Positions 25,790 through 38,313 of a DNA stretch of 64,000 nt are shown here, one piece after another. Source of the DNA: Prorocentrum cordatum (lineage: Eukaryota); assembly GCA_963575745.1 (NCBI GenBank), contig CAUYUJ010000043.1, positions 1 to 64,000 of the forward strand, written 5' to 3'. A program made the position numbers and the translations under genes. Each line of letters starts with the position of its first letter. Positions within the stretch are counted from its first letter, which is position 1. The notes under the pieces are model-generated. The model was not told where the DNA came from and made no database searches. It saw only the letters and a list, made by a program, of their open reading frames with translations.

Positions 25790-28325
25790 CATCTCTGGGG
25801 GCTGCGATCTGCGAAACCGTCGCCACTTTCGAGGGCTGCTGGGGGGTCCAGCGTGGTGACGTCATACGCAGACTAACTTTGACCTCGTCATCCCTGGGGG
25901 GCTGCGATCTGCGAAATCTGTCGCCAGTTTTGAGGGCTGCTGGGGGTGCAGCAGAGTAACGCCAGACGCGGACCTAAGTTCGACCTCGCCATCCATGTGG
26001 GGCTGCGACCGGCGAATCTGTCGGCACTTGCGATGGCTGCTGGGAGGTCCAGGGGAATGTCACCATACGCGGACCTACATTCGACTTGGTCATCCCAGGG
26101 GGCTGCGATCTGTGAAAGTGTCGCAACTGTCGAGGGCTGCTGGGGAGTCCAGCGGCGCGCCCCAGCAGGCACTGCCGTTGCCGTCCCTTCTCCTCCTCCC
26201 TCCTCCTCCCCCCCTGTGTGCCGGGTCCTTTGTACGGAAATCCGTCGGTACAAATGTGCACCCTTTTTCTTTTCAGGCCGTCGCGTGTCTGCGCGCCGGA
26301 GAGACGGGCCGCGCACCTGCGTCTGTCATGTTTCTTTTGTTTTCTCCCCCCTCCTCCTCCTCCTCGTCCTCCTCCTCCTCCTTTCCCCCCTCCTCCTCTG
26401 TTCCCTCCCGCGTGCCTGGTCCGAGGCATCGAAGCACGCAGCGTGCCGCGCGCCGTGTGGGCGGGCCGCGGCTACTGGCGCGCGGTTTTTTCCTCCGTGC
26501 CCTGTGGCTGTTCTGCGGCCTCCGGGCTCTCATGAGCCGACGTCCCCCTCTCATCGTTCCTCTTCGTGTCCCTCGTCTTTCTCGCCTTTCCTGGCCTCGT
26601 GGCCGGTCCGCTCGTCGTCCTCGTCGTCGTCGTCTCGTTTTCCTCCTCCCCACGTTCTTGCCGACTTGCCTTGGTTGTGCCGGCCTCGGTGCGACGCTGT
26701 AGCATCGAGGGGCCCCCTTCCCATCAGTTGGGAAGCTGGCGACTTGTTGTTTCAAGTGCGCATGGCCCACACAGGATTTTGAAGTAGGGTCAGGATATGA
26801 TACTGATGGGGGCCCTTTGCACCCTTGCCGCAGTGGTCGGTCGCGAGGCGCCCGCGCGGAGATGTCATACGCAGACCTAAATTTGACCTCGCCATCCCTG
26901 GGGGGCTGCGATCTGCGAATCTATCGCCACTTTCGGGGGCTGCTGAGGGGTCCAGCGACGTGACGTCATGCGCGGACCCGCATTGGACCTCGCCATCCCT
27001 GGGGGGCTCCGATATGCGAAACTGTCGCCACTTTCGAGGCGTGCTGGGGGTCCAGCGGAGTGACGTCATACGCGGCCCTAAACTGGACCTCGCCGTCCCT
27101 GGGGGGCGGCGATCTGCGAAATCTGTCGCCAGTTTTGAGGGCTGCAGGGGGGTCCAACGGAGTGACGTCATACGCAGACATACATGTTGACCTCGTCATC
27201 CAGGGCGGGCCGCTATCTGCGAAAGTGCCGCCACTTTCGAGGGCTGCTGGGTGGGGGTCAGCGGGGTGACGTCATACGCAGTCGGAATGCAAGCCTAGCC
27301 ATCCCTGGGGGGCTGCGAATTGCGGCACTGTGGCCACTTTTGAGGGCTGCTGGTGGGGGGGTGGGGGGGCGTCCAGCGGAGTGGCGTCATACGCGGACCT
27401 CATTTCTGCGATCTAAGAAACAATTAAACCGTCGCCACTTTCGAGGGCTGCTGGGGGATCCAGCGGGGTGACGTCATGCGCGGACCGAACATTGACCTTG
27501 TCATCCCTGGGGGGCTGCGATCCGCGAAATCTGTCGCCACTTTCTAGGGCTGCTGGGGAGTCCAGCGGCGTGACGTCACACACAGACCCAAATTGGACCT
27601 CGCCATCCCTGAGGCTGCGATCTGCGAAACTGTCGCCGCTTTCGACGTCTGCCGGGGGTCTGGCGGAGTGACGCCATACGCGGACTCAAATTTGACCTCG
27701 CCCTTCCCGGGGGGCTGCAATCTGCGACGTTGTCGCCAATTTTGGGGGCTGCTGGGGGTGTCCAGCGGAGTGACGTCATACGAGGACCTACAATTGACCT
27801 CGTCATCCCAGGGGAGGTGCGATCTTCGAAACTGTCGCCACGTTCGAGGGCCGCTCGGGTGGTCCAGCGGAGTGATGCCACACGCGGACCTCATTTGACC
27901 TCGCCATTACTACGGGGGCTGCGATCTACGATCTGCGAAAATGTCGCCACTTTCGATGGCTGCTGGGGGTCCAGCAGAAACCTACAGTTGACCTCGTCAT
28001 CCCAGGGGGGCTGCGATCGGCGAAACTGTCGCCACTTTCGAGGGCCGCTGGGGGATCCAGCGGAGTGATGCCACACGCAGACCTGATTCGACCTCGCCAT
28101 GCCTGGGGGGCTGCGATCTGCGAAACTGTCGCCACTTTCGAGCACTGTTTGCGGTCCAGCGGAGTGACGTCATACGCGGACCTACATTCGACCTCGCTAT
28201 CTTTGGGCGGCTGCGATCTGTGATACCGTCGCCACTTTCTAGGGCTGCTGGGGGTTCGAGCGGAGTGACGTCCCACGCAGACCCACGCTTGACCTCGCCA
28301 TCCGCGTGGGCTGCGATCTGGACCT
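25790..28325. repeat. ~100-bp satellite array, interrupted at 26156-26855
   Basis: Unit GACCTCGCCATCCCTGGGGGGCTGCGATCTGCGAAACTGTCGCCACTTTCGAGGGCTGCTGGGGGTCCAGCGGAGTGACGTCATACGCGG. Confidence 0.92.
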
Positions 28326-28358
28326 CGCCGCCGCCGCCGTTGCCGCCGCCGCTGCCGT

Positions 28359-28421
<63 letters not shown>

Positions 28422-28920
28422 AGCCGCGCGGAGGGCAGCAAGTTCGCGGCCTGGCTCGCCCACGCGAGGGCCCGCTTCGGGCCCTTCGTCCTCGTGACGG
28501 ACTGGCGGGAGGCGGGCCCGGCCTGCCCGGAGGAGGAGGAGGATGATCGAAGAGGAGGAGGAGGAGGACGAGGAGGAGGAGGAGGAGAAGGAGGAGGAGG
28601 AGGAGGAGGAGGAGGAGGAGATTGAGGGGAAGAGGATGAAGGAGGAGAGGAGGAGGAGGAGGAGGAGGAGGAGGAAGAGGAGGGAATGTGATGAGGAGGA
28701 GGATGAGGGAGGAGAAGGAGGAGGAGGAGGAGGAGGAGGAGGAGGAGGAAAAGGAGGAAAGGAGGAGGAGGAGGAGGAGGAGGAGGAGGAGGAGGAGGAA
28801 GAGGAGGAGGAGGAGGAGGAGGAGGAGGAGGAGGAGGAGGAAGAGGAGGGAGTGGATGAGGAGGAGGTGGATTGGGGAGGCGGAGGAGGAGGAGGAGGAG
28901 GAGGAGGAGGCGGAGGAGGA
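28326..28920. repeat. (GCC)n/(GTC)n and (GAG)n microsatellites
   Basis: Directly visible. Confidence 0.9.
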
Positions 28921-29279
28921 AAACGAGCAGGAGGACGAGGTGCTAAGTATTGCCCCTGAGCCTCCTCGAGCATCGAGGAGGGACTGCGGCCGTTTTCGGA
29001 CGATCGCCTGACGTTTTCGGTCCCTTTAGGGCCTCGGGGGCCTCGGGGAATGCCGGGGACCTCTGGGGACCTCTGGGGATCCGGATCCCAGGCGGGAGCA
29101 AAGCTTGCCAGGAGGGGGAGGAGGAGGAGGAGGGGGAGGAGGGAGAGGAGGGCAAGCTATGTGCGCTCGCGTCATATCTGACGTCCTACCCCTCCCTCGC
29201 ATCCCTTACCATGGCGCTGATTTTCTCTATCCGCGGACGCGTGTCGTAGCGGACCTGTGGCTCCGCGCGCGCGTGCGTA

Positions 29280-29740
29280 GTGGGTGGTGGTGCGCGTGCG
29301 TGCGTGCGTCTGTGCGTGGTTGTGGTTGTGGTGGTGGTGGTGGTGGTGGTGGTGGTGGTGGTGGTGTGTGTGTGTGTGTGTGTCTTCGTGTGTACGCGTG
29401 TGCTGTGGTGTGACGTGGTGTGGCGTCTTGGTGGTTTGGTGGTGGGCCAGGTGCGTGCGTGCGTGATGGCTATGGTGGTGGTGGTGGTGGTGGCGGTGGT
29501 GGTGGAGTGTGTGTGTGTGTGCTTGTATGTGTGTGTGTGTGTGTGTGCGTGTGTGTTTGCGTGTGTGTCTGTGTGCGCGCGCGTGTGATGTGGTGTGACG
29601 CGGTATAGCGTGGTGGCGGTGGGTGGGGTAGTGGGGTGGTGGTGGCGGTGCGCGGTGGTGGTGCGCGTGCGTGCGTGCGTGTGTGCGTTGGTGGGTGGAA
29701 GTGGTGGTGGGCGGGGCGGGGCGCGGTGCGGTGGTGGCGG
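29280..29740. repeat. (GT)n/(GGT)n compound microsatellite
   Basis: Directly visible. Confidence 0.9.
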
Positions 29741-29769
29741 GCGGATGGGCGCGCGAGGAAGAGGCCCGC

Positions 29770-29970
29770 GCTGGGGCGAGAACGCCATCCTGAACGACGG
29801 AGGCAAAACACCGATCCGAAAATGAGGCCCACGCTGCAGCGGGAGCACGATTCGGAACGAGTGGAAACCCGAAAATGAGGCCGGCGCCTCAGCGAGAGCA
29901 GCATTTTGGAAAAACCCAAGCGAAAACCCAACTCCGGGAAATCCTGTGTGTAAAAAACAGTACGCAGAGG
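29770..29970 (+). repeat. Dispersed repeat, homologous to 63580-63755 in inverted orientation
   Basis: Shared motif series ggcgagaacgcca, ccgatccgaaaatgaggccc, gctgcag, ggagcac, aatcctgtg, tacgc. Confidence 0.75.
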
Positions 29971-30949
29971 GGTGCCCGCTATCGTCCGCACGCCATCAGG
30001 GGACGGAGGAGAGTGTATTCATATTGAGTAATTGTGGAGGATGAAGGTGGGGAGGAGGAGGAGGAGGAGGAGGAGGAGGAGGAGGAGGAGGAGGAGGAGG
30101 AGGAGGAAGAGCAGGAGGACCAACGTGAACCCGAAGTGCATCAACGATGTTGCCAGCAACCCTCGCTCCAAGTTCTTCTTGCACAGGCCCTCGCAATAAG
30201 TTGTGCCCACTGTGGGACGTGGCCCATTAGAAGGCAACCGTCTGAGAATCCCCAATTGAGCCAACACGCCCGTCCTGGGACTTCACCGCAGCGGATGAAC
30301 TTGATTTCTGCGTCCTGGCAACGCCAGGCCACCCTTCCTGGGACTTCAAGGGCGTGGATCAATGTGTATTTTGTGCCCTGGCAAGTTGAAACATCGCGAC
30401 AACACGCCGCTCCTGGGACTTCAGCCATGCGAGTCCTTACAACTCTCACAAATCTGAATCCTTGACGCTGCTGCAAGCTCTTAAGACAAATGTGCGCGGA
30501 ACTAAGGCGAGATATACATTTCGAAAGAGCGAGAGCCACATTTTGGAAAGGGCTGCCCTCCGTCCTTGAAGCTGCTGCAAGCTTTTATGATTCATGCGTG
30601 CGACGCCAAGGCGAGGGCCACATTTTGAGAAGGACTCGGCCTCCACCCGTGAACATGTTTTAAACTTTTACGGCGAATGTGCGCGGCGCCTTGGCGAGAG
30701 CCACATTTTGAACACGACCCGCCCTCCATCCGTGAGGCGCTTTCAAAAGTCAAGCTTCTGCATCAGACTGCTGAGGGAGTCCAAGGCAAAACGCTTGGCC
30801 CGCAGTACCGACACGTCTGGGCTACAGCGAGGGGTCGTTCATTGCAAAGGCCTCACGGCCGGTGCCGCCGCCGCCGACGACGACGTAGACGACGATGACG
30901 ACGGCGTCTTCCACACGCCAGAAGGGTCGGTGGATATGGAAAAGGAAAG

Positions 30950-31323
30950 GATGCAGGAGGAGGAGAAGGCGGAGCGGGATGGAGGAGGAGGCGGAGGAGG
31001 AAGAGGATGAGAAGGAAAAGGATGAGGAGGAGGAGGAGGAAAGAGCACCAGGAGGAGGAGCAGAAGGAAGAAGCGGAGGAGGATGATGATGAGGAGGAAC
31101 AGCAGGAGGAGTAGGAGGAGGAGGGAGAGGAGGAGGAGGAGGAGGAGGAGGAGGAGGAGGATAATGAGAAGCTTGAGGAGAAGTTGGAGGAGAAGGAGAG
31201 CAATGACGTAGAGGAGACAAACGAGGAGGAGCGGAATGATACCGATAATGGTGTTGATGATGATGAGGAGGAGGAGGATTCTCCTGATGATGATGCTGAC
31301 GATGCTGACGATGCTGATGATGG

Positions 31324-31366
<43 letters not shown>

Positions 31367-31367
31367 C

Positions 31368-31406
<39 letters not shown>

Positions 31407-32889
31407 GCGGTGATGATGGCGATTATGATGGGCACAACGATGCTGCCGCTGCGGATTATCATAACGATGCTGTTGACGATGGCAGCGTGATGATGTTGCT
31501 ACTGCTGCTGCTGCTGCTGCTCATGCTGATTACGATGATGATGATGATGATGATGGTGATGCTGACGACAATGATGATGCTGATTATGATGTTGATGATT
31601 ATGCTGACGACAATGATGATGACGATGATGATGATGATAATGATGCCGATACCGATGATGATGATGGTGATGATGATGATGATGATGAAGAAGATGATTA
31701 TGATGATGATGATGATGATGCTGATGATGATGATGAGGATGCTTATTCTGATGCTGATGATGATGATGGTGCTGCAACTGCTGATGATGATTATACAGAT
31801 GCTGATGATGCTGACTCTTATGCTTATGATTATGATGATGCGGATGGTGCCAATGATGCTGCTGATGATGATGGTGCTGTTGATGATGCTGTTGTTGATG
31901 ATGATGCTGATGATGCTGGTGATGATGATGATGCTGCTGATGATGCGTATGATGATGCTGATGCTGCTGATGGTGATGTTACTGAGTATGAAGAAAGATG
32001 GCGATGCTCATGAGGAGGAGGAGGAGGAGGAGGAGGAGGAGGAGGAGGAGGAGGAGGAGGGGGAGGAGGAGGAGGAGAACGAGGAGGAGGAGGAGGAGGC
32101 GGAGGATGAGGAGGAGGAGGATGCGGGTAGAGGATAGCGAAGGTGCTGAAGTTGAGGAATGTTTGGTGTTTCCCTCGAACAGTGATGCTGGCAACATCCG
32201 CCGTTCCTTCAAGAGAGGCATCGACCCCAGCACAAATAAATTCTCCGACCGCAGCATACCATCAGGAGGGCATAGGTGCTGTGTCACCCAATGCTGTCCC
32301 CGCTCTGTCCCGCTCCGCTCTCGTCGTTCTGCTGGTGGTTTCACTTCGTGAGATCATGCAGTCAGAGGCTGAAAGGCTGAAATGAGGAGGATCAAGGATA
32401 GAGGATCGAGGATGAGGAGGAGGCTCGAGGAGAAGGAGAGGAGGAGGTGCAGGAGGCTCGATGATTAACAAGGATAGTGATCGTGGCGGAGGAGGAGGAG
32501 GAGGGGCTCATTAGGATGAGGTGGGGGAAGGCAGGAGCATCGAGGAGTGAGGACCGTTTTTGATGTTTCCCCCCATCACACCCTCCTGTGATCGTCCTTC
32601 GCTCTGAGCTGGGGATTGGTTCGGAGAGAAGGATGATGATGCTGCTGATGATGAAGATGAAGATGAAGATGAAGATGAAGCTGAAGATGAAGATGCTGAT
32701 GCTGATGATGATGATGGTGGTGGTGGTGATGATGATACTGACGATGACGATGGTGGTGATGATGATGGTGCTGATGATGGTGATGCTGCTGATGATGATG
32801 ATGCTGCTGCTGACGACGATGATGATGATGACGATGATGATGACGATGATGATGCTGATGCACATGCAGAGGATGATGCTGACGACGCT

Positions 32890-32920
<31 letters not shown>

Positions 32921-32939
32921 CTGATGCTGATGATGATGC

Positions 32940-33005
<66 letters not shown>

Positions 33006-33200
33006 CGGGGATGATGATGATGATGTTGATGATGCTGATGATGATGGTGCTGCTGATGATGATGAGGAGGAGGAGGAGAAGGAGGAGGGGGAGGAGGATG
33101 ACGATGAGGAGGAGGAGGAGGAGGAGGAGGAGGAGGAGGGCGAGGAGGAGGAGGGGGAGGAGGAGGAGGAGGAGGAGGAGGAGGAGGAGGAGGAGGAGGA
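30950..33200. repeat. Compound (GAG)n/(GAT)n microsatellite blocks with short unique spacers
   Basis: Directly visible. Confidence 0.9.
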
Positions 33201-33501
33201 TTGTCACGGCTGTCGTTTAAGGCACGGGTAATGTTTTACCGCTTCGTGCCCTAACAATGGTGGCACGCCATGTTCTGGATGCAACACTTGTGAAGATGCG
33301 GCTACTACCACGCCTATGCTGTGCAACACTCGCGCCAATGCCCTCCACTGCGCGGCCTATGACCGCCCATGGCCTACACGCGGGCCCTTTGCACGGTGGC
33401 TGGTAAGCCCCCCACCCCCATGCCTGACACTGCCACCTATCCGTTCCACTTCGATCTCTCCCCCTCGCCTCCGATTTACATGGGGCATCCTCCAATGCGC
33501 G

Positions 33502-35055
33502 GGGACTGCGTGTCCCATAACAGGGGCTGTGCGTCCCATTTGCCAGGACTGTGTGTCCCATAATCGAGACTGCGCGTCCCAGTTGCCAGGACTGCGTGTC
33601 CCATAACAGGGACTGTGCGTCCCATTTGCCAGGACTGCGTGTCCCATAACGGAGACTGTGCGTCCCAGTTGCCAGGACTGTGTGTCCCATAATCGAGACT
33701 GCGCGCCCCATTTGCCAGGAATGTGTGTCCCATAGCAGGGACTGCGCGTCCCATTTGCCAGGACTGCGTGTCCCATAACAGGGACTGTGCGTCCCATTTG
33801 CCAGGGCTGTGTGTCCCATAATCGAGACTGCGCGTCCCAATTGCCAGGAATGTGTGTCCCATAGCAGGGACTGCGCGTCCCATTTGCCAGGACTGCGTGT
33901 CCCATAGCAGGGACTGTGCGTCCCATTTGCCAGGACTGTGTGTCCCATAATCGAGATTGCGCGTTCATTTGCCAGGAATGTGTGTCCCATAGCAGGGACT
34001 GCGCGTCCCATTTGCCAGGACTGCGTGTCCCATAACAGGGACTGTGCGTCCCATTTGCCAGGACTTTGTGCCCCATAATCGAGACTGCGCGTCCCATTTG
34101 CCAGGAATGTGTGTCCCACAGCAGTGGCTGCGCGTCCCATTTGCCAGGACTGCGTGTCCCATAACAGGGACTGTGCGTCCCATTTGCCAGGACGGTGTGT
34201 CCCATAATCGAGACTGCGCGTCCCAATTGCCAGGGATGTGTGTCCCATGGCAGGGACTGCGCGTCCCAGTTGCCAGGACTGCGCGTCCCATGACAGGGAC
34301 TGTGCGTCCCATTTGCCAGGACTGTGTGTCCCATAATCGAGACTGCGCGCCCCATTTGCGAGGAATGTGTGTCCCATAGCAGGGGCGGCGCGTCCCATTT
34401 GCCAGGACTGCGTGTCCCATAACAGGGACTGTGCGTCCCATTTGCCAGGACTTTGTGCCCCATAATCGGGACTGCGCGTCCCATTTGCTAGGACTGTGTG
34501 CCCCATAGCAGGGACTGCTCGTCACATTTGCCAGGACTGCGTGTCCCATAACAGGGACTGTGCGTCCCATGTGCCAGGACCGTGTGTCCCATAATCGAGA
34601 CTGCGCGTCCCATTTGCTAGGAATGTGTGTCCCATAGCAGGGACTGCTCGTCCCATTTGCCAGGGCTGCGTGTCCCATAACAGGGACTGCGCGTCCCATG
34701 TGCCAGGACTGTGTGTCCCATAATCGAGATTGCGCGTCCCATTCGCCAGGAATGTGTGTCCCATAGCAGGGACTGCGCGTTCCATTTGCCAGGACTGCGT
34801 GTCCCATAACAGGGACTGTGCGTCCCATTTGCCAGGACTGTGTGTCCCATAATCGAGACTGCGCGTCCCAATTGCCAGGGATGTGTGCCCCATAGCAGGG
34901 ACTGCGCGTCCCATTTGCCAGGACTGCGTGTCCCATAACAGGGGCTGTGCGTCCCATTTGCCAGGACTGTGTGTCCCATAATCGAGACTGCGCGTCCCAT
35001 TTAATTAATCAGGGCTGCGTGTCCCATAGCCCATAGTTGGGACTGCGTGTGCCAT
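33502..35055. repeat. 43-bp satellite with 129-bp higher-order structure
   Basis: Unit GGACTGCGTGTCCCATAACAGGGACTGTGCGTCCCATTTGCCA; three variants (ATAACAG/ATAATCGAG/ATAGCAG) cycle. Confidence 0.93.
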
Positions 35056-35330
35056 GCGCCTGCCCTCTGGGAGGACCGCCCCATCGGCCATAGGCCATGG
35101 GGCATAAAGGGCTGGAAGGCTGGAATGCGGGTCGCATAGCATCACATCGCAACCGCATCGCATTGTGCTTTGGTATCAATTATGGCTTGCGCACGAACAA
35201 CATGGCAAGTACTGCGCCTACCTTACTACTCTCCTCTGTGTCAAATGGGAACTACTACTATGCCGTACCCCGACCGCTATTACTCGGATACTATGTAATC
35301 TACCTACGGATGCCTACCAGGCGAGACACG

Positions 35331-36060
35331 GCCCACGACTGTGAAGCCCACTATATGGAATGCGCCATCGTCCTCCTTCTGGAGGGGGGCCGCTCCACGA
35401 CTGTGAAGCCCGCTTAACTATCCTACTCTCATCCTCCCTCAACAGGAGGGCCGCCCCACGACTGTGAAGCCTTATTATCGCCAAACTCTTACCTTTGCCC
35501 TTCGCTGTCACTTGTCCCCCCACCACTAAGTGGCAATTCATCCCTTCCCCCCAGACTTTGAAGCTTGCCCACCCCCCTCTCACAATGAGAGGCAGGCGAG
35601 CAACGCCCCACGACCTTGCCCTTTTAACAACCCCACTCTCATCCTCCCTCAACTGGAGGGCCGCCCCACGACTGTGAAGCCCTAACATTGCCCTCGCTTA
35701 TCCCTTTACCTTTACGGTCACGTGTAACCCCGCGACTAGATAGCAATACCTACTCGGCAAACCCCTCCCCTACTACCATTTGACAGGCTGCCCCACGACT
35801 GTGAAGCACTGCTATCCCCTTGAAAGCTACCCACCTATTATGGGAGCGGCCGCGGGGGCGAACCTTCCAATACTAAAATTCGACACCTACTGCTACAAGA
35901 AGGGCCCCACGACTGTGGGGCACCACTAACCCGGACTGCGCCGTGGCCGCCTCTCTGGTGGGCGATGGCCTGCCCCACGACTGTGAAGCCCCCTAAAGCG
36001 CCAGCCCAGGCCCCAGGGCCGCCCCACGACTGTGAAGCCTCAGGGCCGCCCCAAGACTAA
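35331..36060 (+). repeat. Irregular repeat-spacer array of GCCCCACGACTGTGAAGCC
   Basis: Eight near-exact copies with CACGACTGTG cores at 35334, 35396, 35457, 35667, 35794, 35908, 35976 and 36025, separated by mostly unique sequence. Confidence 0.8.
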
Positions 36061-36557
36061 TATGAACAATGCAAGGCGAACCTTGTTGTCCCGGCTCGCC
36101 GGGCTCCTTAATCTTCCCCCCCCCACGTCCACTAAGTAGTCCTGTCGGCACTAGCAGATTCCAAGTCTATGAAGGGTGCTGCGTTAAATTGGGGTGCCAA
36201 GGGGGCCACGCTCCCAGCCCCTTAGTCCGAGGGGTCTGGGCCCTTCTGCCCCCTACAAGTGTGAACCCTACATGATGCATACGGTCTCCGTTGCTTCTCT
36301 ACCCCCCTGGCGTGGCTGGGGACAGGCATTCGCCCCAGCCCACGCTCTGATTCTAGCCCTTCCCTAACCCCCTCAGGCGGTTACTCCTTGTGCTGGGAGG
36401 GCACTTGAACGTGCCTCTTGCCACTGTCGCCCCGCTGTTCACTCCCCTGGGGGCTCTGCTGGGGTGCTCGTCGGGCGTGGGGAATCCACGCCTTTAGTGG
36501 CGCCCCGTGCGTCCCCAGCCGACTCCCCCAGAGGAGTATAGAAGAGCATTGGCACGG

Positions 36558-37180
36558 GGAGGAGGAGGAGGAGGAGGAGGAGGAGGAGGAGGAGGAGGAG
36601 GAGGAGGAGGATGAGGAGGAGGAGAGGAGGAGGAGGAGAGGAGGAGGGAGGAGGAGGAGGAGGAGGAGGAGGAGGAGGAGGAGGAGGAGGAGGAGAGGAG
36701 GGAGGAGGAGGAGGAGGAGGAGGAGGAGGAGGAGGAGGAGGAGGAGGAGGAGGAGGAGGAGGAGGAGGGAGGAGGAGGAGGAAGGAGGAGGGGAGGCGGA
36801 GGAGGAAGGAGGAGGAGGAGGAGGAGGAGGAGGAGGGGAGGAGGAGGAGGAGGAGGAGCGGAGGAGGGAGGAGGAGGAGGAGGAGGAGGAGGAGGAGGAG
36901 GAGGAGGAGGAGGAGGAGGAGGAGGAGGAGGAGGAGGAGGAGGAGAGGAGGAGGAGGAGGAGGAGGAAGAGGAGGAGGCAGAGGAGGGGAGGAGGAGGTG
37001 GATGGAGGACAAGGAGAGGAGGAGGAGGCGGAGGAGGAGGAGGAGGAGGCGGACGGAGAAGGAGGAGGAGGAGGAGGAGGAGAGGAGGAGGAGGAGGAGG
37101 AGGAGGATGATGAGGCGGAGGTTGTGGAGGTGGATGAGGGAGGCGGCGGGACGAGGCAGCAGGAGGCAGAGGAGGAGGCG
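36558..37180. repeat. (GAG)n microsatellite
   Basis: Directly visible. Confidence 0.95.
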
Positions 37181-38249
37181 GACCTGGACCCCCAGGGATG
37201 GGTCAAGGGCTCCTGGGGGCGGTCTGGGCGCGAGGCCAAGCCCTGCATGCAGGCGCTGAAGGACTTGAACCGCCAGGACCCGCTCGCCGCGCGCGACCGG
37301 GGGGGGATGCACCTGTGGGTGCGCACGTGCGCGCGCCTGTGCTCTCACGCCAGTGGTGACGCCCTGACGTCTGATGTTGCGAGCAGGCTGCGGTGGGGGC
37401 GTTGGTTAAGGCATGTGCCTCGGAGGCTTGAAAACCTGGAGGGTTCCTTACCTGATGAGGGCGGCGGTGATGTCCCTGACCACGACCCCCCACATTTCTG
37501 CGGCACTCCTCGTGCCCGAGCGAGCTGTGGTGGTCCTGGGGCCCGCAACTGGGCGACCACTGCAAAGCCCAGCGTGAAAGGGTTGCAGCCCCCGGATCTC
37601 AGGGGCGCGCGCGCGCGTGCGGAAACGCGAGCAGAGGCGCGCGGTGACGATGGGGGGGCCGCGCACCGCGGCGGCCACGCGCTGAGGGCGGCAGGGTGAG
37701 GGGGCGGGGGGCTTCTCAGAAGCGCCCGCTGCTCCTTCGGGGGCGCGGGCCCCGGCTGCTGTGCAGCTGCAGGGCCGGCGCCCGCTCAGGAGCGGCCTCC
37801 TGAAGAACCCTCCCCCCTCCCCTGGAGGAGGAGGAGGAAGGGGAGGAGGAGGAGGAGGAGGAGGAGGAGGAGGAGGAGGAGGAGGAGGAGGAGGAGGAGG
37901 AGGAGGAGGAGGGAGGAGGAGAGGAGGAGGAGGAGGAGGAGGAGGAGGAGAGGAGGGAGGAGGAGGAGGAGGAGGGACGGAGGAGGAGGAGGACTGCCCC
38001 TGCCCGCCCCGACCCGCTGTCGCCTCCCACCGTGTCCGGCCCCCGCCCCCCCTCCCCCCGTGGGCGCACGTCCTCGGGCGGCTGCCCCCGCGCGGCCCCT
38101 GCGCGGCTCGGCGCGGACCTGCGCGGCGTCGGCCGGCGGCGGCGCGAGCGGCGCGCTTGGGCGCGCTTGGCGCCGACTCCTCCTTCTCCTTCTCCTCTCC
38201 ACACCCTCCTCCTCCCTTCCTCCGTCCCCTCCTCCTCCTCCTCCACCTC

Positions 38250-38276
38250 CGCTCCTCCTCCTCCTCCTCCTCCTTG
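38250..38276 (+). repeat. Left target-site duplication of the LINE, CG(CTC)7CTTG
   Basis: Matches CG(CTC)5CTTG at 44293-44313 apart from two CTC units. Confidence 0.65.
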
Positions 38277-38313
38277 TCCGTAGCCATTTTGGCTCAAGCC
38301 ATTTTGGCTCAAG
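38277..38313 (+). other. Full dinoflagellate spliced leader plus tandem 15-nt relic SL
   Basis: TCCGTAGCCATTTTGGCTCAAG (exact 22-nt DinoSL consensus DCCGTAGCCATTTTGGCTCAAG) followed by CCATTTTGGCTCAAG. Confidence 0.97.

Noticed and set aside
25790..28325. Hammerhead ribozyme in the 100-bp satellite
   Set aside because: GAAA is present but I could not find a CTGANGA core with suitable stems.
33217..35000. Long repetitive ORFs (also 9320-11209 and 60957-62467)
   Set aside because: They arise from satellite periodicity and are open in several frames and both strands.
35331..36060. True CRISPR array
   Set aside because: Eukaryotic context, short repeat, highly variable spacing, partly homologous spacers and no cas genes.
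37180..37330. Possible small host exon (QALKDLNRQD region)
   Set aside because: GC3-rich and compatible with splice sites, but too short to support without transcripts.
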